From Chlorobiota bacterium (lineage in GTDB: Bacteria > Bacteroidota > Ignavibacteria > Kapaibacteriales > UBA2268), in the NCBI GenBank assembly GCA_046290495.1, contig JBKAGT010000005.1, positions 80,039-144,038 of the forward strand: 64,000 bases of DNA, read 5' to 3'. The notes beneath the pieces are model-generated. The model ran no database searches. It was not told the origin of the DNA and worked only from the letters and a program-made list of their open reading frames with translations. This document shows positions 9,104 to 18,789 of this stretch, piece after piece (position 1 is the first letter of the stretch; each line of letters starts with the position of its first letter). Position numbers and translations under genes: made by a program.

Positions 9104-11785
9104 CTATTTGAAGGAATTTAAACTTTCGTTCAGTTGCTCAATTTTGTTAGTCATATCTTTGAGCTTCTTCCTTTCTCTATTTACTACATCCTCAGGTGCA
9201 TTGCTAACGAATCTCTTATTAGATAATTTTTTAGAAATTCCGTTTACTTGCCCTTCCAATCTGTTTATTTCTTTTTCAAGTCTTTCTATTTCTTGGTCAA
9301 CATCAATAGCATCTCCAACATATAAGTTGACTTCAGCAAAATTAGTAACAGATTTGATTGAAATTTCATCTAATGGATTATTAATCATTAACTCAGAAGA
9401 TTTTGTTAATTCCTTCATTAATTTATGATTATCAGAAATTAGGCTTTCAATTTCTACTTCAGCATTAAAATTAATTTTCATCCTCTGACCTGCAGAAATA
9501 CTAGGAATACTTGCTCTTAGACTTCTGGATGAGTCAACTAAAGCAATTAATTTTTCGAATTTTTCAATTGATGTGGTATCATAATTTTCATTTGAGTCTA
9601 TTAACTGTTCAAGAGAAATACTTCGGCCGTCACTATAGTTGTTAAGAAGATGCCATAACTCCTCTGTTATAAATGGCATAACGGGGTGTAGTAACTTCAA
9701 TACTTCGTTGAAAATCTCGATCCCGAAAGCAACTTTTTGTTGGTTTTGTTCTTCTGTATTATCGTATGACTCAATCTTCAAACACTCAATGTACCAATCA
9801 CAGAAATCACTCCATATAAAATCGTATAGTGTTTTAGAATATTCAGTTACTTTGAAATTATTCAAATACTCATTTATTTCATTTATTGATTTGTGAAGTT
9901 TAGATTTTATCCATTTGTCAGCTAATGATTTAGAGTATGTATTCTTATTGAACTCAACATCTCCAAACTCTTCTTGCTTCATCTTCAAAAATCTGCCGGC
10001 ATTCCACACTTTGTTTGCAAAATTCCTTCCCACTTCCATAGATGGTATATCTTGGGCTTCCAAATCTACTTCCATTCTAACATCTTGTCCCAATGGAGCT
10101 AGATATAAAATCGTAAATCTAACTGCATCTGCTCCATATTTATCCATCACATTCAATGGATCTGGAGAGTTACCTAAAGACTTTGAAAGTTTTCTTCCTT
10201 GTCCATCTCTAATTAAACTTGTGAAATATACATTCTTAAACGGTATTTCTTGCTTAAAGTAATTAGTTGCCATAACCATACGAGCAACCCAGAAAAATAT
10301 AATATCTGGTCCAGTTACCAATAAATCAGTTGGTAAATATCTTTGCATTGTCTCATTGTTCGGAACAATATTTCCTTCATCATCGAACCAACCCATAGTA
10401 GTCATTGGCCATAACCAGGAAGAAAACCATGTATCTAATACATCTTCATCTTGCTTTAGTAGTACATTTCTGTCTATTCCTAATTTTTTTCTTGCTTCTT
10501 CTTCACTCCTAGCTGCAGTATGTTGACCATCTTCGGTGTAATAAACTGGTATTCTATGACCCCACCAAAGTTGTCTTGATATACACCAATCTTTAATATT
10601 ATTCATCCAGTGCTCATAGGTTTTAACCCAATGATTTGGATAGAAATTAATTTGACCATTCTGTACTATTTTCAAAGCATCTTCTGCTAAAGGCTTCATT
10701 TTCACAAACCACTGATCTGATAGATATGGTTCTATTGGCTCTCCACCTCTCTGAGAAAAACCAACATTATGTGTGTAATCCTCAATTTTTTCCATTAAGT
10801 TGTTTGATTCCAAATCAGCTATGATTTTCTTTCTTGCTTCGAACCTATCTAAACCACTGTACGATCCAGCAAGATCATTCAGAGTACCATCTGGGTTGAT
10901 AGTATTTATCGATTCTAAGTTATGTCTTTGTCCAATTTCAAAATCATTAGGATCGTGAGCAGGAGTAATTTTAACACAACCTGTTCCAAATTCAGGGTCA
11001 GCATAGTCATCTGCTATAATCTCAATTTTTCTTCCTACCAAAGGAACAGTAACTTTCTGACCAATAAGCTTCTTAAATCTTTTATCATTGGGATTTACAG
11101 CAACAGCGATATCACCATAAATAGTCTCAGGTCTAACAGTTGCTACTTTTAAATAATTCTCACCATCTTCGAAAAAATATTTTAAAGTATAAAGCTTTTC
11201 ATGTACTTCTTTGAATTCAACTTCTTCGTCAGATAAAGCTGTTTGAGATGCTGGAGACCAGTTAATTATTCTTTTACCTTTATAAATCAATCCTTCATCA
11301 TAAAGTTTTATAAACGAATGTTCGACTGCTTTAGATGCACATTCGTCCATTGTGAATAAAGTTCTATCCCAATCGCAAGATACTCCGAGTCTTTTTAACT
11401 GTTCTAAGATTATTCCACCATACTCATTTTTCCAATCCCAAACTCTTTCTATAAATTTTTCTCTACCAAGGTCGTACCTTGTTTTGCCTTCTTGTTTTAG
11501 CTGCTGTTCTACTTTTGTTTGGGTTGCTATACCGGCGTGATCCATTCCAGGGAACCAAACCACATCTTTGCCTTGCATTCTCATTCTTCTGATGAATAAA
11601 TCCTGCAAAGTGTGGTTTAACACATGACCAAAGTGCAACATACCTGTAACATTAGGAGGTGGCATAAGGATCGAATATGGATCATTTTCATTAGATTCAG
11701 ATGATTTGAAAAGCTGGTTAGATTCCCATTTGTTATACCAGTTTTTCTCTTTACTTTTGAAATCAAAATTTTTATCGAAATTCAT
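9104..11785 (-). CDS. valS: Valine--tRNA ligase
   Basis: PPPNVTGMLHFGH, DHAGIATQ, DWCISRQLWWGHRIP, DVLDTWFSS, KLSKS and the C-terminal coiled arm FVSNAP. Confidence 0.97.
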   Translation of the reverse strand: MNFDKNFDFKSKEKNWYNKWESNQLFKSSESNENDPYSILMPPPNVTGMLHFGHVLNHTLQDLFIRRMRMQGKDVVWFPGMDHAGIATQTKVEQQLKQEGKTRYDLGREKFIERVWDWKNEYGGIILEQLKRLGVSCDWDRTLFTMDECASKAVEHSFIKLYDEGLIYKGKRIINWSPASQTALSDEEVEFKEVHEKLYTLKYFFEDGENYLKVATVRPETIYGDIAVAVNPNDKRFKKLIGQKVTVPLVGRKIEIIADDYADPEFGTGCVKITPAHDPNDFEIGQRHNLESINTINPDGTLNDLAGSYSGLDRFEARKKIIADLESNNLMEKIEDYTHNVGFSQRGGEPIEPYLSDQWFVKMKPLAEDALKIVQNGQINFYPNHWVKTYEHWMNNIKDWCISRQLWWGHRIPVYYTEDGQHTAARSEEEARKKLGIDRNVLLKQDEDVLDTWFSSWLWPMTTMGWFDDEGNIVPNNETMQRYLPTDLLVTGPDIIFFWVARMVMATNYFKQEIPFKNVYFTSLIRDGQGRKLSKSLGNSPDPLNVMDKYGADAVRFTILYLAPLGQDVRMEVDLEAQDIPSMEVGRNFANKVWNAGRFLKMKQEEFGDVEFNKNTYSKSLADKWIKSKLHKSINEINEYLNNFKVTEYSKTLYDFIWSDFCDWYIECLKIESYDNTEEQNQQKVAFGIEIFNEVLKLLHPVMPFITEELWHLLNNYSDGRSISLEQLIDSNENYDTTSIEKFEKLIALVDSSRSLRASIPSISAGQRMKINFNAEVEIESLISDNHKLMKELTKSSELMINNPLDEISIKSVTNFAEVNLYVGDAIDVDQEIERLEKEINRLEGQVNGISKKLSNKRFVSNAPEDVVNRERKKLKDMTNKIEQLNESLNSFK

Positions 11786-11976
11786 ATTTAAACTATTGTT
11801 TTTGTTTCTATTTAGTTTACAAAAATAATTAAAAGTTACTTTATACGTGTCTTTGTTAAGAAATTACAATGAAAGACGATACAATTATAAAAATTTTTGG
11901 TATTTGAGTTGAAAGTTTCGGATATTTGGAAAAGATTAATTGTAATTTAATAATAAAATATAACGGAGGATTCGTT

Positions 11977-12273
11977 ATGCTATCTAACAAAGTAATAAGA
12001 GCAACAGCAGCTGCATTTATATTCGCGGCTTCTAGTTTGTTTCTGACTGATTGTACTAGTATGATTTCTGAAGAGCAATTAGCTATGCTTCAGGATTTGA
12101 GAAGACAAGAGGCTCAGTTGACTGAAGAGATTCAGACTGCAAAAGCTGACTTGAATAAATTAAAATCAGAACTCAAAAGCAGAGAAGCTGAGTTGAATGA
12201 TTGTAATGATAAGACTCAATTCGTGAAAGACAAGTTATCAAAATGGCCAAATGTATGGCCTGATAATAACTAA
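11977..12273 (+). CDS. Small coiled-coil putative lipoprotein
   Basis: GGAGGA RBS precedes ATG 11977. Hydrophobic signal ends in FLTDC, followed by a heptad coiled coil and a WPNVWP tail. Confidence 0.7.
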   Translation: MLSNKVIRATAAAFIFAASSLFLTDCTSMISEEQLAMLQDLRRQEAQLTEEIQTAKADLNKLKSELKSREAELNDCNDKTQFVKDKLSKWPNVWPDNN

Positions 12274-12317
12274 AATCAGTTAAATCAAATAAGTATAACA
12301 ACCAAATTAGAGGAAAA

Positions 12318-13106
12318 ATGAAAAACTTAGTAATTATATTATTTGCTGTAATGTTAGCTGGTGGTAACTTGATAGCTCAAATGCCTCCTGCTTCTAAACC
12401 AGATTTAGAACTTACAGAAGATGAAGCAACGTTAAGAATACAAGATTATCAAGCTAAGATTAAAAATCTTGAAGGACAACTTGAGTCAATTAAAAATGAC
12501 CAAGCAGATATTAAAGTAAAAACAAAAGAAATTGAACAACAATTGAAAGATTGTAATGATGCTCTAATGAAATTAGTTGGTGCTAATGCAGCAGCTGTAG
12601 AAGCATTCAAACAAAAGCTAGGTCAATTGGAAGGTAGAGTAAGAGAAATGCAAAGACTTTCAAATGATGAACTTGCTGATAGAAGAGCAGAAGTAGAACA
12701 ATTAGACCAAGAATATATGGAATTAAGAAAGAATAAAATTTCTCTTCTTCCAGATATATTCCCAAGAATGGTAAAATTGGGTAAAGATATTAAAGGACTT
12801 TACAGAGAAAAGAAAATTACTACTTACACAGTTGGTACTTGGTCTGAAAACAGAGACTGTTTGTGGAACATCGCTGGTAATACAGAAATTTACAATGATC
12901 CTAATCAATGGCCAAAAATATGGCAAGCTAATACAGGTCTAATCCGTAATCCTGACATCATTCAACCAGGTTGGGTATTAACAATACCACCTAAAGGACC
13001 TAAGAATCCTGAAGAGTTGAAAGCAGAAAGAAAATACTACAGAATGAAAAAAGAAGCTATGAATGAGAATGCTGCAACTGGTGGTTCTGGTTCTAATGAT
13101 CAATAA
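12318..13106 (+). CDS. Secreted coiled-coil protein with C-terminal LysM peptidoglycan-binding domain
   Basis: Signal peptide ..LIA|Q, long coiled coil, LysM YTVGTWSENRDCLWNIAG...WPKIWQAN..IRNPDIIQPGWVLTIP. AGAGG RBS. Confidence 0.88.
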   Translation: MKNLVIILFAVMLAGGNLIAQMPPASKPDLELTEDEATLRIQDYQAKIKNLEGQLESIKNDQADIKVKTKEIEQQLKDCNDALMKLVGANAAAVEAFKQKLGQLEGRVREMQRLSNDELADRRAEVEQLDQEYMELRKNKISLLPDIFPRMVKLGKDIKGLYREKKITTYTVGTWSENRDCLWNIAGNTEIYNDPNQWPKIWQANTGLIRNPDIIQPGWVLTIPPKGPKNPEELKAERKYYRMKKEAMNENAATGGSGSNDQ

Positions 13107-13132
13107 TAATTCTGTTTATTAATATCGATTTT

Positions 13133-13168
13133 AATCCCAACTCGAGAGATTCGAGTTGGGATTTTTTT
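13133..13168 (+). terminator. Rho-independent terminator
   Basis: AATCCCAACTCGA-GAGAT-TCGAGTTGGGATT followed by TTTTT. Confidence 0.9.
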
Positions 13169-13189
13169 ATAAATTAATTATCTTTATAA

Positions 13190-14158
13190 ATGACTGAAAT
13201 AGTTGAATATATAAATCTTGAAGATAGCAATTTAGTTTCCATATTTGGTGCTAATGACTCATTATTAAACCTGATTGAATCAGCTTTTGATTCTACTATA
13301 TTTGTAAGAGGAAATCAAATAGTGCTTAAAGGTGATGAGGATGAAGTAAATTTACTAAAATCAGTATTCAAAGAATTACTCTATATGATTGAAAAAAATG
13401 GAGTTCTGAACGATACCGATGTAAAAACAGTTATTCAGTTAGCAACTGTGAACAAGGTTGACCCAAAAGAGTTTTCTATAAAAAATAAAAGTAATATCAT
13501 TTATGCTGGTTATAAAAACCAGATTAGAGCTAAGACTAAAACTCAAATAGAATACGCAGAAACAGTTCAAAACAATGATGTTGTATTTGCCATCGGTCCA
13601 GCTGGAACTGGTAAAACGTTCTTAGCCGTTGCTATGGCTCTAAATGAACTTAAAAAGAATGAAGTCAAAAGAATAATTTTAACTAGACCTGCAGTAGAAG
13701 CTGGCGAGTCATTAGGTTTTCTGCCTGGTGATTTGCAAGAGAAAATCGATCCTTACTTACGACCAATCACCGATGCATTACAATATATGCTAAGCCCCGA
13801 AAAGTATAAAATAATGAGGGAGAGGAACATTATTGAGATAAACCCATTGGCTTATATGCGTGGAAGAACACTTAATAACGCATTTGTTATTTTAGACGAA
13901 GCTCAAAACACGACTGAAACACAAATGAAAATGTTTTTAACAAGATTAGGTATCGGTTCTAAAGCAATTATCACAGGTGATACTTCACAAATCGATTTAC
14001 CAAGAAATAAAAAATCAGGTCTTGTTTCAGCTCAAAGAATTCTCAAAAATATTGATGGAATTAAATTCGTTTATTTCAATGAAAATGATGTTGTTAGGCA
14101 TAAGTTAGTTGCTCAGATAATTAAAGCTTACGATAATGATCTAACAGATAAAAGCTAA
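13190..14158 (+). CDS. phoH: PhoH-family ATPase (YbeZ-like)
   Basis: GPAGTGKT, RPAVEAGESLGFLPGD, LAYMRGRTL, DEAQN and GDTSQIDL. Confidence 0.93.
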   Translation: MTEIVEYINLEDSNLVSIFGANDSLLNLIESAFDSTIFVRGNQIVLKGDEDEVNLLKSVFKELLYMIEKNGVLNDTDVKTVIQLATVNKVDPKEFSIKNKSNIIYAGYKNQIRAKTKTQIEYAETVQNNDVVFAIGPAGTGKTFLAVAMALNELKKNEVKRIILTRPAVEAGESLGFLPGDLQEKIDPYLRPITDALQYMLSPEKYKIMRERNIIEINPLAYMRGRTLNNAFVILDEAQNTTETQMKMFLTRLGIGSKAIITGDTSQIDLPRNKKSGLVSAQRILKNIDGIKFVYFNENDVVRHKLVAQIIKAYDNDLTDKS

Positions 14159-14250
14159 GAAACCTTCAATTATATTACATTCCTAACCTTGGTAATTCAT
14201 GCCAAGAATTGTTATATTACTTGTCAATTTTAACAACAATTAGAAAAATA

Positions 14251-16305
14251 ATGAAATTAAATATAGTAGTTTTAATCCTATTTTTGCTTGTATCTTGCTC
14301 TGAAAGAAAAGAAGAAATAGAAAAACAGGATATAGAAACTGAACAGAGCTCAACTTTAGTTGATTTTAAAAATGAGTTTATAAAAGAAAATAACTTATCA
14401 GGTGAAGATTTAAAACGATTCAACAAAGGAGTTGAGCAGCTTGAGACACTTTGGAATGCTGATGATGGTAAAGGTACTCAACTTGAAGAATTTATAAAAA
14501 CTAATTTCATAAAAAGTGGCGATGAGCTCGACACTTTATTCAATAGATTGCAAAGGAATTATGAAATTATTGATGGTCATTTCAATAAAATGATGCTTGA
14601 TTTGAAAATGCCAGTTGCTCTTGATTGGGCTGAAATCACACCTATAGATAGAAAGTTTGACAGTTTTAACCCTTCTTCACACTTAGAACAAGATTTATAT
14701 AATAACAAGATAGCATTCATTACAGTTTTAAACTTTCCATTTTACTCATTGGAAGAGAAACGAAAATACTCTGATAAATGGAATAGAAAAAATTGGGCCT
14801 ACGCAAGAATGGGTGATAGATTTACTTCAAGAGTTCCAGCTAAACTTCTTCAAAATTTTTCTAAAGTTAATTCAGAAGCTGATGCATATATTTATGAATA
14901 TTATATTTACATGGGAAATATAGTAAACAATGATGGGGAGTCGCTATTTCCAGAAGATATGAAACTTATAAGCCATTGGAATTTGAGAGATGAATTAAAA
15001 TCCCAATATGCTAATGATAAGAATGGTCAGGAAAAACAAGATTTAATATATGCTATAATGCAAAGAATAATAACTCAGGAAATACCTAAATCATTTATAA
15101 ATAGTAATGAGTATAAATGGAATCCAATTACAAATAAACTGTACAAACAAGGTAAAGAAATAGAGTACGAAAGTGAACCGAATACTAGATATGATAAAAT
15201 ATTAGAGCAATTTAAAGTACTTAGCATTATTGATGACTATTCGCCTGAAATGCCTACCTATATTGAAAGAAAATTTTCTGGTGAGATGGAAATGTCGATC
15301 GATGAAGTTGAAAAACTATTCACGGATTTTGTTAGTTCACCTGTAATTAAAAAAGCTGGAGATCTAATCAAGAATAGATTAGGTAGAGATTTACAACCTT
15401 ATGATATCTGGTATGATGGTTTTAAATCAAGAAGTTCAATTAATGAAGAACAGTTAGATAAAATCACTAAGAGGAAATATCCAGATGCAAGTTCTGTAAA
15501 AAGAGATCTTCCTATAATACTGAAAAAACTTGGATGGGATAATGTTAGAGCAAATTACATTGCTGATAAAGTTGAAGTAGATCCTTCACGTGGAGCAGGG
15601 CACGCCTGGGGTGCTGAAATGAGAGGTGTTGCAGCTAGATTGCGAACAAGAATTGCTGAAGATGGCATGGATTACAAAGGTTATAACATCGCCGTACACG
15701 AATTTGGTCATAATGTTGAGCAGGTGCTATCTCTTTATGATATTGATTACTATATGCTGAATGGTGTACCGAATACAGCATTTACTGAAGCTCTAGCATT
15801 TGTATTCCAAATGAGAGACTTAAAGTTATTGGGAATGGAATCAAACGATAAAAACTCAACTTATTTGTATGCTTTAGATAATCTATGGTCAACTTTTGAG
15901 ATTATGGGAGCTTCACTAGTAGATCAAAAAACATGGAAATGGCTTTACGAAAATCCGACAGCTAACCCTGAAGATCTAAAGAATGCTGTTAATAAAATCT
16001 CTAAAGAGGTTTGGAATAAATACTACGCACCAGTTATAGGTGTTGAGGATAGTAATATACTCGGTATATATTCTCACATGATATCTTATCCTCTATATTT
16101 ATCTGCTTACCCAATTGGTCATTTGATAGAATTCCAAATTGAAGAATATATAAAGGATAAAAACCTAGGCACAGAGTTTGAAAGAATGTCAAAAATTGGA
16201 AAAGTATTACCAAATTCTTGGATGATAGAAGCTACTGGAAATAAAATATCTCCAGAGCCATTGTTGAATCAAGCAGAAAAAGCATTAATTGAATTATCAA
16301 AATGA
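14251..16305 (+). CDS. Putative zinc metallopeptidase lipoprotein (gluzincin, M3/M2/M32-like)
   Basis: Lipobox LVSC; HEFGH zinc motif with downstream FTEALA third ligand; HMISYPLY resembles the M3/M32 C-terminal His/Tyr motif. ATG 14251 preferred as start. Confidence 0.65.
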   Translation: MKLNIVVLILFLLVSCSERKEEIEKQDIETEQSSTLVDFKNEFIKENNLSGEDLKRFNKGVEQLETLWNADDGKGTQLEEFIKTNFIKSGDELDTLFNRLQRNYEIIDGHFNKMMLDLKMPVALDWAEITPIDRKFDSFNPSSHLEQDLYNNKIAFITVLNFPFYSLEEKRKYSDKWNRKNWAYARMGDRFTSRVPAKLLQNFSKVNSEADAYIYEYYIYMGNIVNNDGESLFPEDMKLISHWNLRDELKSQYANDKNGQEKQDLIYAIMQRIITQEIPKSFINSNEYKWNPITNKLYKQGKEIEYESEPNTRYDKILEQFKVLSIIDDYSPEMPTYIERKFSGEMEMSIDEVEKLFTDFVSSPVIKKAGDLIKNRLGRDLQPYDIWYDGFKSRSSINEEQLDKITKRKYPDASSVKRDLPIILKKLGWDNVRANYIADKVEVDPSRGAGHAWGAEMRGVAARLRTRIAEDGMDYKGYNIAVHEFGHNVEQVLSLYDIDYYMLNGVPNTAFTEALAFVFQMRDLKLLGMESNDKNSTYLYALDNLWSTFEIMGASLVDQKTWKWLYENPTANPEDLKNAVNKISKEVWNKYYAPVIGVEDSNILGIYSHMISYPLYLSAYPIGHLIEFQIEEYIKDKNLGTEFERMSKIGKVLPNSWMIEATGNKISPEPLLNQAEKALIELSK

Positions 16306-17309
16306 ACAAAGATTTAAAATATATTGCTTATTTGACAGAAGAGGTTTCTAAAGGAAACTTTAGTCAAAGTTTTAAAGAGTTATCTTTGGATGATCTTCAT
16401 ACTAATGATATCTTAATTAAAGTCAAATGGTCTTCACTAAATTACAAAGATGCTCTAAGCGCTAAGGGTCATAGGGGTATTACAAGGAATTACCCACATA
16501 CACCAGGTGTAGATGCCGCTGGTTTTGTTGTTAAAAGTGACTCTGCAGAAATAAAGGTAGGTGAAGAAGTCATAGTTACTGGTCATGATTTAGGTATGAA
16601 CACAATGGGTGGCTTTGCCGAGTATGTTTCTGTCCCTAAAGATTGGATTGTGAAACTACCAACTGGATTGACGTTACGTGATTCAATGATTTATGGTACT
16701 GCTGGAATTACTGCAGCAATATGTATAGACCAATTACTTAAACATAATTTAGAGCCTCAGAAAAGCAGAATACTGGTAACTGGTGCAACAGGTGGAGTTG
16801 GTTCTATGTCAGTTGCCATTTTAAATAAAATAGGCTTTGAAGTTATTGCATCAACTGGTAAGTTAGATAAAGCTAATTTTCTAAAAAATATCGGTGCAAC
16901 AGAAGTTATTCATAGAGATGAAGTTTATGATACAACTGGTAAACCTTTACTAAAGAAGAGATGGGAAGGAGCAATAGACACAGTTGGTGGTAACACTCTT
17001 TCTACAGTGATTCGCTCTACCAATCACCATGGTTCGGTATGTGTGGTCGGATTAGTTGAGTCACCAGAACTAAAGCTGAACGTATTCCCATTTTTACAAA
17101 GAGGAGTTTCGGTGCTAGGTATTGATTCTGCCGAGAGAGGGATTGGTATCAAAAGAGAATTATGGAAAAATTTAGCATCAGATTGGAAGCCAGAATGTTT
17201 GAACGAGATGGTAAAAGAAGTTAATTTAACTGATATACAAAAAGAAATAGTTGCTATATTAGAAGGAAAACAAGTAGGAAAAACTCTGATAAATTGTGAA
17301 GTACATTAA
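16302..17309 (+). CDS. acuI: YhdH/AcuI family NADPH-dependent oxidoreductase (acryloyl-CoA reductase-like)
   Basis: SSLNYKDALS, PGVDAAG, GTAGITA, VTGATGGVGS and PFLQRGVSVLGIDS. Confidence 0.85.
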   Translation: MNKDLKYIAYLTEEVSKGNFSQSFKELSLDDLHTNDILIKVKWSSLNYKDALSAKGHRGITRNYPHTPGVDAAGFVVKSDSAEIKVGEEVIVTGHDLGMNTMGGFAEYVSVPKDWIVKLPTGLTLRDSMIYGTAGITAAICIDQLLKHNLEPQKSRILVTGATGGVGSMSVAILNKIGFEVIASTGKLDKANFLKNIGATEVIHRDEVYDTTGKPLLKKRWEGAIDTVGGNTLSTVIRSTNHHGSVCVVGLVESPELKLNVFPFLQRGVSVLGIDSAERGIGIKRELWKNLASDWKPECLNEMVKEVNLTDIQKEIVAILEGKQVGKTLINCEVH

Positions 17310-18603
17310 CTTGAAAAAAATATATCTAATTCTAATAGTTATTATATTAAACTCGTGTGATATTTTTGAACGTGAGATTGATTTAAATGAATCTGCTGAA
17401 GAGTTAGTAACTATAACTTTGAAATTAGGAGAACTTGATCCAGATTTAGTTGATTCCTATATAGGTATACAAGAATTAGATTCAAATGAAGATATTAGAT
17501 TAGAACTAATAGAAAAAGATTTAAAAAATCTTTACAACGGTTTAATTAAAGTAATCCCTTCCAATGAGATTGGGAATCAAAGAAAAAACTATCAGCTAGC
17601 AATATTGAAATCTCTTGAGTACAGAATTAAGCTTTTAAAAGGAGATAACGACAACTTTTTAAGAGAATGTGAAAAAGTATATCAATTTAAACCAAGCTTA
17701 AGGCCATTTAGTTACTATGACTCATTGTTAGTTGAATTAGATTCTCTGATTCCTGGTCAAGGTAATCTAATTGATAGATACTCAAAATATAGGAATAAAT
17801 TTATTGTTAAAAATGATTATCTTGATAGTTATTTCAGAAAAGCATTAAATTATGCAGCATTAAAAACAAAAGAATATATCAAAATGCCTATGGAAGAAGG
17901 GGTTACTGTAGAATATATGGAGGGAGCTCCTTGGAGTGCTTATAACTGGTATAAAGGTAACTACAATTCACTAATTCAAGTAAACAAAAGTGTTGATATA
18001 CACTTTGAAAAGATTCTTGACTTGGCAGCACATGAATCATATCCAGGACATCACGTTTACTACACAAAAAGAGAAAAGAATTTCTATAAGGATAGTGGAT
18101 TTGTAGAGTTCAGTATTTATCCACTTTATTCACCTGTATCATTTTTAGCAGAAGGTACTGCTGAGTATGGAATAGACTTAGTTTTTCCAGAAAATGAAAA
18201 AATAGATTATATATATAATAACTTAGTTGATGATAAAGGATTAACTAAAGATGAATTAAAAAAGTACATTAGTATTTTAGATATTTTTGAAAAGTTGGAT
18301 GAAGTTATTATCAATATTTCACAAAAGTATTTAGATGGAGAAATAAGAATAGAGGAAGCAGTTAGGATGCTCAGAAAATATGGTCTGGAATCAGAGATTA
18401 GTGCTATACGAAGAATGAACTTTGTGAGAAGATACAGGTCATATATTATAAACTATACACTGGGTAAAAGATTTGTAAAAAATTACATTGAAAAACATGC
18501 AGATAATGAAAAATCAAAATGGGATATATACAGGGATCTTATTGAGAAACCTTATCTACCTAATGACTTAATCACTGATACTTTAAATTATTCATCTATT
18601 TGA
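17296..18603 (+). CDS. DUF885-like lipoprotein (putative metallopeptidase)
   Basis: Lipobox LNSC; WSAYNWY, AAHESYPGHH, AEGTAEY and YIINYTLG. The true start may be TTG at 17311. Confidence 0.7.
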   Translation: MKYINLKKIYLILIVIILNSCDIFEREIDLNESAEELVTITLKLGELDPDLVDSYIGIQELDSNEDIRLELIEKDLKNLYNGLIKVIPSNEIGNQRKNYQLAILKSLEYRIKLLKGDNDNFLRECEKVYQFKPSLRPFSYYDSLLVELDSLIPGQGNLIDRYSKYRNKFIVKNDYLDSYFRKALNYAALKTKEYIKMPMEEGVTVEYMEGAPWSAYNWYKGNYNSLIQVNKSVDIHFEKILDLAAHESYPGHHVYYTKREKNFYKDSGFVEFSIYPLYSPVSFLAEGTAEYGIDLVFPENEKIDYIYNNLVDDKGLTKDELKKYISILDIFEKLDEVIINISQKYLDGEIRIEEAVRMLRKYGLESEISAIRRMNFVRRYRSYIINYTLGKRFVKNYIEKHADNEKSKWDIYRDLIEKPYLPNDLITDTLNYSSI

Positions 18604-18785
18604 TCAGTCAAATTATTCACTTTCTGTTTAGTATTTTCTATATAATCTCTACTTGATTTTATTATTTTTATTCCTTCTTCGTACTTTTTAATTTGTTCAT
18701 CTAAAGTCAGTTCTTCAGAATCTATTTCTTTAATAATTTCTTCTAATTTATTGATATTTTCTTCAATGTTTATTTTTTTCGCCAT
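18588..18785 (-). CDS. xseB: Exodeoxyribonuclease VII small subunit
   Basis: IEENINKLEEII...LTLDEQIKKYEEG pattern; immediately downstream of xseA. Confidence 0.9.
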   Translation of the reverse strand: MAKKINIEENINKLEEIIKEIDSEELTLDEQIKKYEEGIKIIKSSRDYIENTKQKVNNLTDQIDE

Positions 18786-18789
18786 TGTA

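Noticed and set aside
11926-11976. Upstream TTG start for the small lipoprotein
   Set aside because: A GGAGGA RBS and the signal peptide point to ATG 11977.
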